In this document: positions 35,790 through 48,700 of the stretch, in pieces | How the letters are laid out: every line of letters starts with the position of its first letter | Position numbering within the stretch: position 1 is the first letter of the stretch | NCBI GenBank assembly: GCA_036172245.1 | Contig: JAYWIR010000028.1 | Coordinates: forward strand, 2,108,001 to 2,172,000 | DNA length: 64,000 bases | DNA from: Raillietiella orientalis | Lineage: Eukaryota | Direction of reading: 5' to 3' | Made by a program: the position numbers and the translations under genes | The notes under the pieces: generated by a model | Seen by the model: only the letters and a program-made list of their open reading frames with translations | What the model was told of the DNA's origin: nothing | The model's database searches: none

Positions 35790-36650
35790 ATGCTAATCTG
35801 GCGGGGCGGTCGCTCATGCCTTCATGACTGCTAGCGAATTCCACGGCCGCTGTCGTTCCCTCCCCCTCAAGTCAGCAATTTTCTGGCTCACCCCAGCCAA
35901 AAGTCTCCATTGGCTTCCGTGTCAGACGACGGATGCAGGGGAGATCGTGGGCCCTCGCGTGAATACAGCCCGGGTGTCCCTGCCGATTCCGCACCGGGGT
36001 GACCTCGAGTGGTCCTCGTCGGTCCGCCCAACTCTCGCCGTGTGTGCCTCCGCGGTATGAGCTGGAATCCTCCAAGGAAAGCATGCAGGGAAGAAACACT
36101 GTGAAGGTATTCGCGACAATTCCGAGAATTTTCTGCTGGGATTTTCTCCGCCACCCAACTGCGCTCTCTTGAAGGTTCCTGAAATTTCCATCCTTCCATT
36201 CTGCATGATCCACCACGACTATCCTTTTTATCCACGTAAGCTCGACCGTGCGCGCGCGTCCAGAGGAGCAAAGAGCGGCACGCGACGTGCCTGGAACGTA
36301 GTCACATCAACAGAATCCCGAATCTCAGCATTTCCCTCTCCTTGACAACGCACTGCACAATCTTCATCGTCTCGAGGGTTGCTTCTGAGCAGAGGGATTC
36401 CGAAGCTACGCTCTGGATCGTTCTTCGTCATCCGGTACGAGGGATCCGGGGATCATCAGCGGCCAAACATTCAAAGGCAAGAGACAGAAGGCGGGATGAG
36501 GGTGGATTCGGAAGCAGACCGACGGGAACATCTGCAAAGACGGATAACTGGCACAGGGGGCGGACTCCTAACGTGCCGACAGCAAGAGCGAGTGGTGGGA
36601 GGGGGCCTCTTTGATGGCTTTACGAATCACGAGCGGAGTGGCCCCTACCG
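35790..36650 (+). mobile_element. Degenerate YqaJ-like exonuclease (+ possible PHD remnant) transposon accessory ORF
   Basis: MTASEFH...PAKSL (35824-35907; cf. RITAS.FH...P.SL), SSG/VRP...CAS (cf. SGL.V.P..LGASPD), HHDY (cf. H.YY.Q), and a Cys/Trp remnant near 36530-36600. Confidence 0.5.
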
Positions 36651-37399
36651 AGCGGCCCGAGAGTCGCCATGTTGGTTCGCCAGATGGTCCCTGACGCAGA
36701 CGTAAAGGAGGCGGCACAGGAATCCGTTCGGCCACTACGCAGGGTTTCCCGATCCCAAGAGGAGCGGGGAGCTGCGGGCTCGAACAGCGAATTCGACGAA
36801 GATTCGACGACTGCCTCCCCTTCTCCTCCCCGACCTCGCAAGAGGCCGAGCAGCGAACGATGGTCACGCAGGGAGGCGCGGCTCTTGGAAACCCGACATG
36901 GGACGCCGTCTCACGCGGTCCAGAGAAGGCAAGAGCCAGCGCATGTCCGGCGACGCTCGTCGGCGATACGGCCCACCTCCAGACAATTCGACCAAAACGC
37001 CTCCTGTGGGGAACGGAGCGCCACGCTGCATGACTGGAAAGCGGACGCGAACCAAACGCGAGAACTCAACGGCAATCCATGTGGGAACTGAGCGCTGGTC
37101 CTCACCCTAGGCATTTGTGGACAGAAACGTCTCAAAACCGGCGGAAGACAAGGCACAGCGAATCTAGATGCGCCACTGTCTGTGACGTAAGGCGAGGTCA
37201 CAGGGTGCACTCGGCACGCGGCACCCTGAGGGCTAGCGTTGCTTGAGGGTGATCTGGTGAGAACCAGAGATCCTCGAGAGCTCACCTAGAAGAGCAAAAT
37301 CTGCATCGGATGCAGGGATTGCCAAATGTGGGCAGGCAGCACCAGGGTGCTCATGACCGTCTCTTATCTGGATGAACATGGGACACTCGACTGTCACTG

Positions 37400-38290
37400 G
37401 GGTCCGCTGTAAGCTCGGAGGAAGAGGGAAGGAATGACAGAGATGTAGAACACGGACGAGGTGGAAACCAAGAAGAAACCAAGAAGCGGGACTTCAAGAG
37501 CCAGCAGTCCATCCTGGACGGCCACCGTCGCAAACCAAGGATGCATGTTCCGACATGCGCAATGGATACTGGAGAAAAAGAGGAAGAAGGCAGCCACGAG
37601 CAAAGGTCCCGTGCTCCTCTTCGAAATCGGGATTTTCCTGCTCAACACGGGTTCCTTGCTACACAGAGATCCAGAGGATGGGCGACATCCCCAGCATGCG
37701 GGAAATCCGGACCAGTTTTCCGCGAAGGTGCTCACGAGTCCTATGTCTACTCGCGCATTCACTCGCCTGAGGGGTCAGACAAAGCTCTCCGAATAGACGA
37801 CCCGTCGGTCGGAGGGAGAGGGGTGCGTCTCCGGGAATCTGCAGGCACTCTCAGTTGAATTCGGCAGCGCAAGACGCGTCTGGTCGCTGGCCGCTGCTGC
37901 CGGACCGTTAGGCCTCGAGGAAGGGAGGTCGGCGAACACTGCGAAGGACGTTCGTCGGTCTTGCAAACGATCGAGCGGCTTCTGAGAGCAGCCATCGCCC
38001 TTGCGACTTCTGGATGCCTCCGTGGAATCCACATCCGGGCAGCCGGAAGTGCTCGCGATATCGCAGGCCAGCTTCCCTTGGAGCGAATCCCTGAACTGAG
38101 AAAGAATGCGGAGTTCCAGGTGACTCTTCGATCGAAAATGGCATGGCTAGGGGTGCTGAGGCAGGTAGAGAAAGTAGAGGGGCGATGCGAAAAGCGGTGC
38201 GATCTGTACAGAAAGGAACGCTTCGAGATGCGACGACAAGCCAATAAAGAAACTGCTCCACAGATGCCAAGGACAGGCTGCTAGGAAACG
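37400..38290 (+). mobile_element. Degenerate piggyBac transposase
   Basis: TDE...KKP/KRDFK (cf. DE.M...KP.K.G.K), LRLLDASV (~37999-38024; cf. F..LLD.A..N), and a Cys-rich tail GRCEKRC...ET...C. Confidence 0.45.
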
Positions 38291-40339
38291 GGCAAAAGAA
38301 TGGGGAGGGAAGAGGCTATCAGAAATCAGGAAGCAGCCTCATTCGTGATTAAGTTCGGTAAATTCGACATCAAAAGCTCCCGATGACAACGAGAGGATTC
38401 AAAGAGGAGCATCCAGGGTGCATCTCCCGGAATGCATGCTTCAGGTAGCAAAGGAATCAATGGAAGGAATCAGTTGCAGGAATTAATGGAAGCTGCGTGA
38501 CAGGCGGGTTTCAGAAGTGCGAGAGAACGAAAACACCACACTTTTAATACAACAAATAACTCTCAACCTCACCTACTTTCATCACCATTATAATTATTGC
38601 AGCAATTAAGGGGAGCGCAATGGTTGCACGAGCGTGCCTTTTTTTCTCCACAAAAACATCTCCCTCACCTTGACGACAGTGCTCGTTCTTCCCTAACGAG
38701 GGCAGAGCTGCAGAGAAGGCACGTGGACGGTAGGCGCCAGTCTCCGCGAAAGCCGAGCGCCTCCGGACGGGACTTGAGCGCCTGCAAACGGCGCGCGAAG
38801 CAGCGCCGACGGCTCGCCGGCGTGGATGGTGGGGGGTTCGGAGAGTACGGTGTGCGTCGCACCCTGGCGCCACCATCTTTGAGGCTCCTTCCTGCTCGAG
38901 AGACAGGCGACAGGCGAAATAGATGCATCCTCAGAACGGGGGTATCGAGGGGAAGGGCGACTAAAATCCCCGAGTGAAATTCTCCTACTCCTGCGCTTTC
39001 CCGATCTCCTCTCGGACAACAGGTGCGCCCTCCGAGCCTCCCGGCCAATGCTGCGGGCAACGGCGGAGCTGTCCGCGGAGTCCGAGCCTTTAATGGTCAG
39101 CGGAACCGGGTCTCCCCGCAATCATGGTGCGACGGCCTAGGCGTTGCGCGCCGCCAACTGACCTCTGCGAGTCGGCGAACCGGGAGGCCTGGTCCAACGG
39201 TACTTCTTCCTTCGAGCCGGTCGCCTGTGCGAGATCACCCCTTCCTCCTCTCCCGCGCTCCTGCCTGCTCCTCCTTCGCCCGGCTATCTGGAAGTGCCCC
39301 GCCTCGGCGGGAGAACGCCGCCTGCTCGCAATCGGCGGCGGTTCCTCATGGCCTCGAGCTGCGGTTTCCTCCTCAAGACATTTCGTTGCGCTCTTCCCGT
39401 TGCACCTCCCGACGCGCGGTGGTGGACGCCCGAAACAGTAGTTTGGCGGAACAGGAAATTCCTTCATAAACAGCGCGCGTAAATAAAAGATGGCTGGCCG
39501 CATGTGCAAGGGATAAATCACGACGTGAGGACAGAATTGCTTTCCTTTGAGCCGCGCGCGGTTCTTCCGCATTGGAGTCAATTAAAATTTTTGCCGGAGA
39601 ACTCGCGCGGAATATTTTCCCTTCATTAGCTTCATTTTATCATAATAATACGGATGCTCACCGGGGATTTAATCACGAGGCGGCACGCGTTGCATGGAGA
39701 TGCGGAGCTCGTAACCGGGGCGGCGTGCTTTACTCCAGGCATCAGCGAGCGATTCCTGCGTAATCGCTTAATTACGAAAACAGAAATTACGAGCGTCCTT
39801 TTCCACCAGGACGACTGCAGCTGAAAGGGACGTCTACATAAATAGGAAGTCCCGTCGCATTTATCAATTCTCCGCATGTCATCCGCTTCGGTGTTCTTTT
39901 CTAGGAAGGCCGAAATGGACTGCGCGAGCTCGCACGGCGCGCGCACCTGTCCGCCGCGCGGACGGCGGAGGCGCGCGCCGCACTCCCAAGACTGGTTCCC
40001 GGGCGCGGCTCCGTCTCGTATCCCGGGGCCACGAATCCCGGGTTCCCCTTAGCCCCTCGGGAACGGCTCCCGCGGCCTTTGGATCGGCGGCGCCCGGAGG
40101 AGAGAGGTCGCGGATAGGAGGCGTCGAGAACAGGATCGACCAAGCGGAGGGTGGGAGCGGCCAAGCAGGCGCCTTCCTGCAGCAACCACCGGCGGCGCTG
40201 GCTCCGTGCCCCCTTCCCCTCCCCCCAGGACGCGCGTTCCGCGCCCCCCCCGCGCTCGGAGACCTCGCTCCCTCCTCCCATTCGCGGAGGGGTCGCTCGC
40301 TCGCCAATCACCCCGCTTCGCTTCCGCGCGCTCTCCTCT

Positions 40340-43040
40340 TCGTCTCTTCATCGGATGCGTTCACTCGCGCGTCCCGAGGGAATGCCGTGGACGCACAGGA
40401 ATCGATCTCGCGTGTGTCCCCCTTCCTCCCTTTTCGTCGGCTCTGGCCGGCACCGGTTCCTGAGAACATTCCCTCTCGACGGGATGCGATTGCGCCAGAC
40501 TCCCGGATCCGAATCTTTCTTGAGAGCGGTTCCTCCTTCAACTGGCCACCGGACAAACTTTCCGACGGCGGACGGAGGGTTTTCCACGCGTCTTCTAGGC
40601 GGCAGCACTGAGGTTTCGCTCCCGATGCTGCTGTTTCCCTCCATGCCGACTCCTTTCCGATGGAGACGACAGCTTCTCCATTCCCCCCCCCCCCCCATCT
40701 TTGTACGTACATGGGAGATATTTTTCAGCCTCCATCCAGAAACGCCAGAAGTGAGGAACTGAGGGCAAGGTGGTGCTCAGAAGAGCACACGAAACCTCTT
40801 CAGATGGGAGCAGGGTGGAGGAGGGGGAGGGAAAGGAAGAGACCAATTCCTTTATCTGTGCAGCCATGTGATCGCAAGGAGATCAGCTCAGCGGGACCTC
40901 CGAAATCGGAGTGCACGAGAAAAGAGAAAAGGAAAGGAAAAATCACGAAGATCAGAAGCGATGGAGCAGCAGTGCCTGAGGGATTCCCAATGAATGCACG
41001 TGCGCGCGCCACCTGCGCCCGAGCAAGCAGATCCCAAGGGAATCAAAGGGAGTGCACCTGGATAGATTCCGAAGATGATTCTGGAGCTCCTAGGGGGAGG
41101 ACGCGTGCTTGGACGCCTACCTGCACTTGCCCACGGAATGCCCTTGGAAATAGAGTCAGCGCAAGATGCTCCGTCTAGTTCGATCTCAAGTTTGGATATG
41201 GTTAGAATGTACAGGGGAAGTGAGCATCATCGATAGAGGCACTGACAGCCTGCGACACGTGGAAGCTGAGCTGGAGTCAATCGAGTGATCATCGTCTCCA
41301 GTTAACCCCTCTCCGGGACTGGACTTCCAGACTCCTATCGAACCTGCACGCCAAAGAGAGGAAAAGGTCGTCCCGTTAAAGGCAGCCTGCTTCCCGAAGA
41401 ACCAGTCAACCGCACTGGAAGGTGCCAGCCGAGGCAAAGAGAGGGTCTGGCTGTGCGCCCGCCTCTGCTCTCACCCTAGAGATAAGGAGCGTGGGGCCTC
41501 GCCAACGACAAGGCGCCACGAAGGCGAACCGACCATCTGAGGGGAAAAGTGACCTCATGCGACAGCCGGTTATCAGGAAACGTCCCATGGGACACCGTCC
41601 GTGACCCTCCGGCCGCGCCACTCATAAGAAGGCACCGAATGGAGCTGCCTAAGAGCAGCCGAGTCGCCGAGACTACGAAGTGTTCCCCTCCGGCAACGTG
41701 CAGACCCCACTCCCTCATCTGCTTGACGGAGAATCCCTGCACTGCTGATGCATCGGGAGGTGGGCAAAAACTAACCGAACAGCGTACAATGCAGGAAGGG
41801 CATTTGTCGGATGCGGCGCTCGGGAGAAGAAGAACAGAGGATCAAAGTCGAGCATGCCAAAGGGTTCTGCGCCAGCCTCGTTCATGTAAGTCGGAGGGAA
41901 AGGATGCGGCTCAGAGCTGCGCGCCTGAGCTCGTGAACGGAGATCCTGGAACACAGAGATGCTGCGGACGTCCGCGTTCTTGGAGAGCGCTAAGCGGCGC
42001 GCGCCGATCTCACTGCACAGACGAAAGAAAAACTGGGCAGAAGCGTCCAAAACCAAAGCAAAGGTGACCGGCTGTAGCTTGCTGTTGAATCTGACCTGGG
42101 TTTTCGCAGCAGAACGAGTCCAAAGAGGTGCCTCCCCCCTCAATCAGGGCAAAGGCCCGACCTGGAATAATTAACACAGGAAAAAGTTGCTTTTGCCCTT
42201 GCCACTTGTCGGATGAGCGCATCCTTCGACGCAAAGAGGCGCGGCTATCCAGGAAAACAAACACCCCAAGAAGAGAAGACTGCGCGAGGATGCCGTACCA
42301 TGTGTCACACCACTTCCTTCTGTGTTTTCCTGGATAAGGCCGGGCTGCTTTTTCTCCACGGAGGATTCCGCTGCGATGAGCAGCGACACCGCCTTTTCGC
42401 AGGGATTGCATCTCCAAAACTGCTCCAGGTACGGATCGGCGGAGTCCATGCCACTGAACCTGCTTTTGGGTTGCGGTGCCCTACAGGAACTGGGACGGAG
42501 GCTGGCATCCGCGCTCCCGCACCAGAAGGACACCGCCCACGACCTGTTGCGACGGTTCTTCGTGCGGGGAGAACAATCGACGGGCGCGGTGATCGCAACC
42601 ATCGGTTGCATCCGTCCCCCTCGTCACGGCCTGCTATGTGCTCGAGACCACCAAGCAGAGAAGGGAGATCACCAGATGGCAGCCGCCTACATCAGGACGG
42701 CTTACAGGTGGCCTCACCTGGAGCAAGCAGTAAAGGACGAGATCGCCGGCATCCAGCGCTGGCTGGTGGATAGTCAAGAACGACGGACACCGGTGGACCT
42801 TGTCCCTTGTCTCCTTTTATTTATTTATTTTCATGTTTTCTCGTTCCCCACTCCCTTTTCCTCCGCAGCTTACCCGGTGGTTTTTGTTTTGGCCCCAAAC
42901 CACCGTATTTCCTTTTGTTGCTGTCCGTTCCGAACTTCTGGACACCCGCCCTGCGTGTCGGCGGACATTCCTTGAACTTCTTTCGTCCTCGGTTGGGAAA
43001 CAGCGTGTTCCTAACTGGTTAGTTTTAGGAAATAAACGCC
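40340..43040 (+). mobile_element. Degenerate L1/Tx1-like LINE ORF2 with 3' UTR
   Basis: APE remnants (DAQES, AP, GSSFN), EGKEETNSF (cf. EGD.NT.FF), SPGLD (~41310), zf-RVT-like LHG...HRL..GIASP/NCSRYGSAES..NLLLGC (~42340-42480), pyrimidine-rich 3' UTR, AATAAA at 43031. Confidence 0.55.
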
Positions 43041-44549
43041 TTGGCGTGACCGGATGAAAAACTTCCTCTTCAGCAGTAAGGTGAACGAGGGTTCGGCGAC
43101 TGCCGGTTTATCCACGCGACGTGGCCGAGCCTTCTGCCCGCGCGAGCATGTCTTCCAGGAAGGGCGCACAGGATGCGTCGAAGGTCCTGGAATGGTAAGG
43201 AACGCTCGCTTAGGGCTAGACTCCTATCTCCCCAACCCTTTCTCTCACCGAGGCACTGCGAACGGGCAGCGAGCCCACCCAAAAAGCTGCTTGGAAAAAC
43301 TGGGCCTGCAGCCCGCTTTACCCGGCGTCGATTCTCAGCTTAGACCCGGCAAGGTGCTACCAAGAAGATGGCCGAGTCGCGATCTTAGACGTCGCTTTTC
43401 TCCTTCAGCAGTTCCCCCGATATCTTTAGGGGCCCAGACAAATTGAAGAAGGGCAAATGGTATTCCTTCTGTCGGCTGAAGGAGGCCCGGAGTCGACAAG
43501 GGCACTTGTCTAGGGACCCTTGCGTTCCTAGGATCCAAAGAACGAGGCAGTATCAAGAAACTTATCAGAACAGTGCTAGTGTGCTCCCGTCTGTCTCTTG
43601 GTCTCTCGGCGTCTCTCGGAACCATCGTGGGACATCGGCTGCGAGGCATGAACCTCGTATGGGAGGTTCACCTCGTGCTGGAGGATCATTGAACGAGAAA
43701 ACGTTGAAAATCTCCCCGCATCAGCCGAAGAACCCTGCTACCTTACATAAGGCATGTGATTTAAACGCAAAACGGTCCGTAGTGAAGAAAGTGAGCTTGG
43801 AGGAACGCCAGTGGTTTGAACGAGAGGACGAGAAGGCATGGAAGGAGAAAGGGTTGCACTTTCGAACAAAACTACAGAATCATCTCGGAGGCAACTGTTA
43901 CGGCGGGACTTCCAGCAGCAGGAGTTTCTGCTCTGCAGAAGTGCATGCCAGGGAGTCTGGAAAACAAGGATAGAAACAAAAGTTCAATGAGATCCTTTTT
44001 CTCCGAATCCTAAACCACTAAAGAATTTACTACGATTGTCTGCGTCTTTTCAAGGCAGATTCCGCAAGAGCACGGAGCACCGTTTGGTGGATGGCGGAAA
44101 ACTGACACATGCCTTGCAGCAATCGGATCCTACCTTCCGAAACATCCGTATGTTCCATCAGCTTTTTCGTCCGTCGGTCAGCTGGCACGTTTTCATCCTT
44201 CTGAAATCTCGGTGGACGTTTCTTGTGCAGCCTCCATTTTTCCACGCTCCCCGTTTGCCCGTCAAATGCATTCTTCGCAAGCAGGAACTTGCATCGAAAA
44301 TCGAACACATTAGTGACGCAATGGATTCTTTACCTCTAGACTTCCGCTGCCGTGGCGTGTTCTTACCTCTAGGCTGTCACTGCTGTCGCATGTCTGCAAC
44401 AAGAGGGTTGCCCCTTTCCATGAGTCCTCAAAACTAAGGGAACGAAAGACAGCAAGATGGCACGTGTCTTTCTTTCCAAGATTCTCTTACTGTGACGACA
44501 TTCGTGCCAGTTGCGGTCGATGTTCGGCATTGATGCCTGCTAAGAATTC

Positions 44550-47030
44550 CTGAAAGTGCTCTTCCCCAACTAGTAAAGAGACATAGGGAGTGGTGTGCCT
44601 CCGTGTGCTGGTTTGCACGTTGCTTGACTCCTTCAGTGCTGTCCCGAGATGAACTTCCATTCCTTCCATACGCAACGGGGTTTCGCGTACCGTTTGCACG
44701 CTGCGTGCTCCAACGTTCTTCCATAAGAGCTCATCTGGCACATTGCAAGGCAGGTACATGCACCTCGCTCGTGATATCTTTATAACTCCATTGGAACGTT
44801 AAGACGCTTCCGCGATAATCATCCCTAAAGAGTGAGAACACTGCAGGATGATTCCACGGTTTTGCACTGAGCTCACTTGCAGATTGTACACGTGCTTGTG
44901 AAATGTCCCAGTAATACAATCGTCGTAGGGGCACTTTAGCTGCCCTATGATACTTTCCAGGATCTTTTCGAAAGAAAGTCCACCCATTCGAACCTAGTAG
45001 TGGTTGCCTCTCCTCTGGACACTTGCTGGCGTGCGAGAGCTGCAGCAGTAGCCAAGATGGAAGAAAATCACACTGTCCTCTCGTCCACCACCACCACCTC
45101 TCTACAGTCATCGCTCTCCTCATCGTCCCCTTCACAGTCCTCTCCACAGCCTTCATCTCCAGCATCGTCTTCTGTTCCAACGTCGTCTTCTGTTCCAACG
45201 TCGTCTTCTGTTCCAACGTCGTCTTCTGCTCCAACGTCGTCTTCTGCTCCAACGTCGTCTTCTGCTCCAACGTCGTCTTCTGCTCCAACGTCGTCTTCTG
45301 CTCCAACGTCGTCTTCTGCTCCAACGTCGTCTTCTGTTCCAACGTCGTCTTCTGTTCCAACGTCGTCTTCTGTTCCAAGCTTGTCGTCGTGTTTAGCGCA
45401 GTCGTCTTTTCCAGCGTCATCCCTTTCTCCAGAGTCGTCGTTTTCTCTATCGTCGTCATCTTTACCATCGTCGTATTTACTGTCGTCGTCTCCTCTACTG
45501 TCGTCATCTTTACTGTCCACGCCTCCACCACCGTATTCTTTTCTACCAACTCCCACGCCTCCACTGAATTCTTCCCTTCCATCGTCCACTCCTCCACCTC
45601 CATATTCTCCTCCATCGTCCACGCCTCCATTGCATTCTTCTCCTCCATCTTCTACGCCTCCACCATATTCTTTTCGTCCATTATCCACGCTTCCACTGCA
45701 TTCTTACTCTACATCATCAGCGCCTCCACCACCGTATTCTTTTCGTCCACCGTATTCTTCTCTTGCATTGCATTCTTCCGAACCATCGTCTTCATCTGCG
45801 CTATCGTCTTCATCTGCGCCATCGTATTCATCTGCAGTGTCGCCATCTTCATTTGCAGCGTCGCCGTCTTCACCTGCAGCGTCGCCGTCTTCACCTGCAG
45901 CGTCGCCGTCTTCACCTGCAGCGTCGCCGTCTTCACCTGCACCGTCACCGTCTTTACCTGCACCGTCGCCGTCTTCACCCGAAATGTCGCTGTCTTCACC
46001 CGAAATGTCGCTGTCTTCACCCGAAACATCGCCGTCTTCATCCAAAACGTCGCCGTATTCACCCGAAACGTCTCCCTCTTCATCTGCACCGTCGTCTTCA
46101 CCAGCACTGTCGTCTTCACCCGCGCCGTCGCCTTCTCTCACACCCTCCTCCTCTGTAGCGCCGTCGCCTTCTCTCACACCCTCCTCCTCTGTAGCGCCGT
46201 CGCCTTCTCCTGCACCCTCCTCCTCTGTAGCACCGTCGCCTTCTCCCGCACCCTCCTCCTCTGTAGCGCAGTCGCCTTCTCTCACGCCCTCCTCCTCTGT
46301 AGCGCCGTCGCCTTCTCCTGCACCCTCCTCCTCTGTAGCGCCGTCGCCTTCTCCCGCACCCTCCTCCTCTGTAGCGCCGTCGCCTTCTCCCGCACCCTCC
46401 TCCTCTGTAGCGCCGTCGCCTTCTCCCGCACCCTCCTCCTCTGTAGCACCGTCGCCTTCTCCCGCACCCTCCTCCTCTGTAGCGCCATCGCCTTCTCCCG
46501 CACCCTCCTCCTCTGTAGCGCCGTCGCCTTTTCCCGCACCTTCTCCCTCTCTCGCATCTTCTTCGTCTCCTGAACTATCCTATCCACCAGTATGAAGTAA
46601 TTTGTCCTGTTATCTTTCGGTACTCTCAGGAAGAGAGGCAGAATCCTACCCGTAACCCTCGCCGCACCACCTCGCAACAACAGTGTTGCCTGGAAGAGTG
46701 CGGCCGCCATCCAAAGGTGCCTTGTGCAGTCTTTGTACTCTTGCGGGGTGCAGTGAAATGGCTCGAACCGTGGAATCCAAAGGACCTTTAGGGTGGTCTT
46801 TGATGGACCAAGTCGTTACCAGTGATAATACCTCATTCACCCCTCCGTCCCGTAGCACAAGGCTAGGAAGATGAATGGCAGTTCAAGTGGTCTACTCAGT
46901 CACTCCTGATGACATGGACGCAAGGACTTTTTGCACTTGGTGAACTTTTGAAACCTCTTTTAAGAGGCACTAGTGATTTCCTGTCCCCTCGTGTCTAAGC
47001 AGTTTCGTGCTCCCCCTCTGAATGCAGAAG
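44550..47030 (-). mobile_element. Degenerate FLYWCH-MULE transposase split by the minisatellite at 45060-46590
   Basis: RGSTKLL..EG...KCK...H (~47020-46870), GTF/..ALFQ...GRILPLF...KDNRTNY (46721-46597); after the repeat, VDF/FEK...ITGTFH (~44985-44897; cf. DFE...GC.FH) and ANQHTEAHH (~44620; cf. TNN..E..H). Confidence 0.55.
45060..46590. repeat. Composite minisatellite: 12 x 18-bp (~45164-45378), degenerate 33-39-bp units, ~11 x 21-bp (~45856-46075), ~11 x 36-bp (~46123-46545)
   Basis: Units ACGTCGTCTTCTGYTCCA, GCAGCGTCGCCGTCTTCACCT, GCGCCGTCGCCTTCTCCYGCACCCTCCTCCTCTGTA. The 531-aa S/P-rich ORF (45000-46595) runs through it. Confidence 0.95.
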
Positions 47031-47779
47031 ATGACAGTCTCGTCCCATGCAACAGACACCACTGTCACGTGACAGAACTGGAGAAGGGATCAAGCTTTCC
47101 TGAGTTGTGAGGGTTGCGAGCTGTAGAAATCCATCTTGAGACTTATGCTGGACCACTTCAGTGACCTTCACTTGAGGTCTCTGAGCAGCCCTGTAGGCTC
47201 TCTAAGCAGGGGCGGCAGCGGTCGCCACATTGAGCGTGGACGCAGCGGCGCTCATGGTGGCAGCACCGAGGGAAGCGGCTCATCTCGCGACGGAGCTCTG
47301 CTGCCGAATGTGAGGAAGCACTTATTCCTCCCAGCAGTCCCTCAGCATCTGAGATGGTCCCTATCGAAATAAGAAAGCATCGGGCGACTGCTGAAGGCCA
47401 CGGACTGGAACTGCCGGAGGACTTTCGTCTCCTCTCCTTTGCTTGCTGCTGCCCCGCAGGACTCCTTCCTCATACCGAGTGAGTTCCGTGCAGTGTTCCC
47501 CTCTCCCTTTTGCATAACACATGTTTAACAGATGTGTGTTTATTTTTGGTGAATAAACGCTGACTTCGGTGTGGGTGGGAAGCAAAAACGCAGGCCCCGG
47601 GAATGATGACCCACCGTGAGATGAGTCCTGTTCCATTTGTTTACTCACTCACTCCCACTTTTCTTCGGATTTCTCTTCCAATGAAGTTTCCAACCCCTTC
47701 ATATTTCTTCCTCTTGGGCAGGAGGATGCCTGCTCCCCTTCCTGCTGCTGAATTTTATTTATTCTATTTAACTGTTGAA

Positions 47780-48700
47780 AATGGATGGCCCGACCTGCCA
47801 GGCGGGAGGAGTGCATCGAGAAAGGTGGGAAACTGTGTGCCCAGCTGGAAGTGTTCGTGAAGAAGTCGGCAACACTCTGCTCCGAAAGACATTCGGCATC
47901 CAATCGACCCTCCGGTGGGAGACCTCAAGGGGGGAGGCAAGAGCGAGCCCTTCGTCCCCGGCTCCGAAACCCCGGCGCTGGCATCCCGGGGCGACGAGCT
48001 GAATCGAGGGGATACCCCAAACTTTCTGCGCTTCGTCGGAGCTCGCTGTTTGAGGAGCTGCATCCCGCCTGCGGCGGAAGCGCCGACCCTTTCCCGACAA
48101 ACACGGCACTGGAGACCCGTGCACCCCACGAGCCCCCCAAGCTCGAAATCCGCCGGTCTCGAACATCCTGACGATTGGGATCCCCGAATCGTTCGTTCCC
48201 AGCGTCATCCGAAGCCCTGGAGGTTCATATCGGCCCGCTCTGGGTGGGGTGTGTCGGCCGGATCGCTCGCGCCTCACCCCTTCCCCCTGAAAAGAAAGGG
48301 TGCTCTCCTGACCCCCTTGAAAACACCCACGCTTTTCGAGGGAGGAAAAGCAAGGAGGAGCTCCGCAGCGAACGGCAACAATGGAGAGTGGTCTCGTGGC
48401 ACGACCCGATGGCCACGCCAGTGTCTGCTTAGATGGGCATTCCAGGGTGATGAGGTGCTCCGCCGTGTCCATTGTTCTGTAACAAAGGAACCCAGCGATT
48501 TCGGACAGCCAGCCCTGACCAGGGTCAAGACAGAAATTTCCGAGATAAAAAATGGTTTTGGTGCGTTCTGCTCCGATCGAGTGAGAATAGAATCTCACCG
48601 GGGGTCCTCACGCTGTGCACTTCATATCTCGGGATGGAATTCCTTGAACACCTACCCGTGGGACGCGGGACGTTTCCCTCCCGACCAACGAAAGTGCTGA
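47780..48700 (+). mobile_element. Possible L1/Tx1 ORF2 C-terminal (zf-RVT-like) relic
   Basis: WRVVSWHDPMATPV..MGI....PCPLFC (~48383-48480). Confidence 0.3.

Noticed and set aside
45000..46595. 531-aa mucin/extensin-like CDS as a real gene
   Set aside because: Openness is explained by stop-poor triplet-multiple repeats open in several frames; no ATG start, signal peptide or splice evidence. Kept only as a finding.
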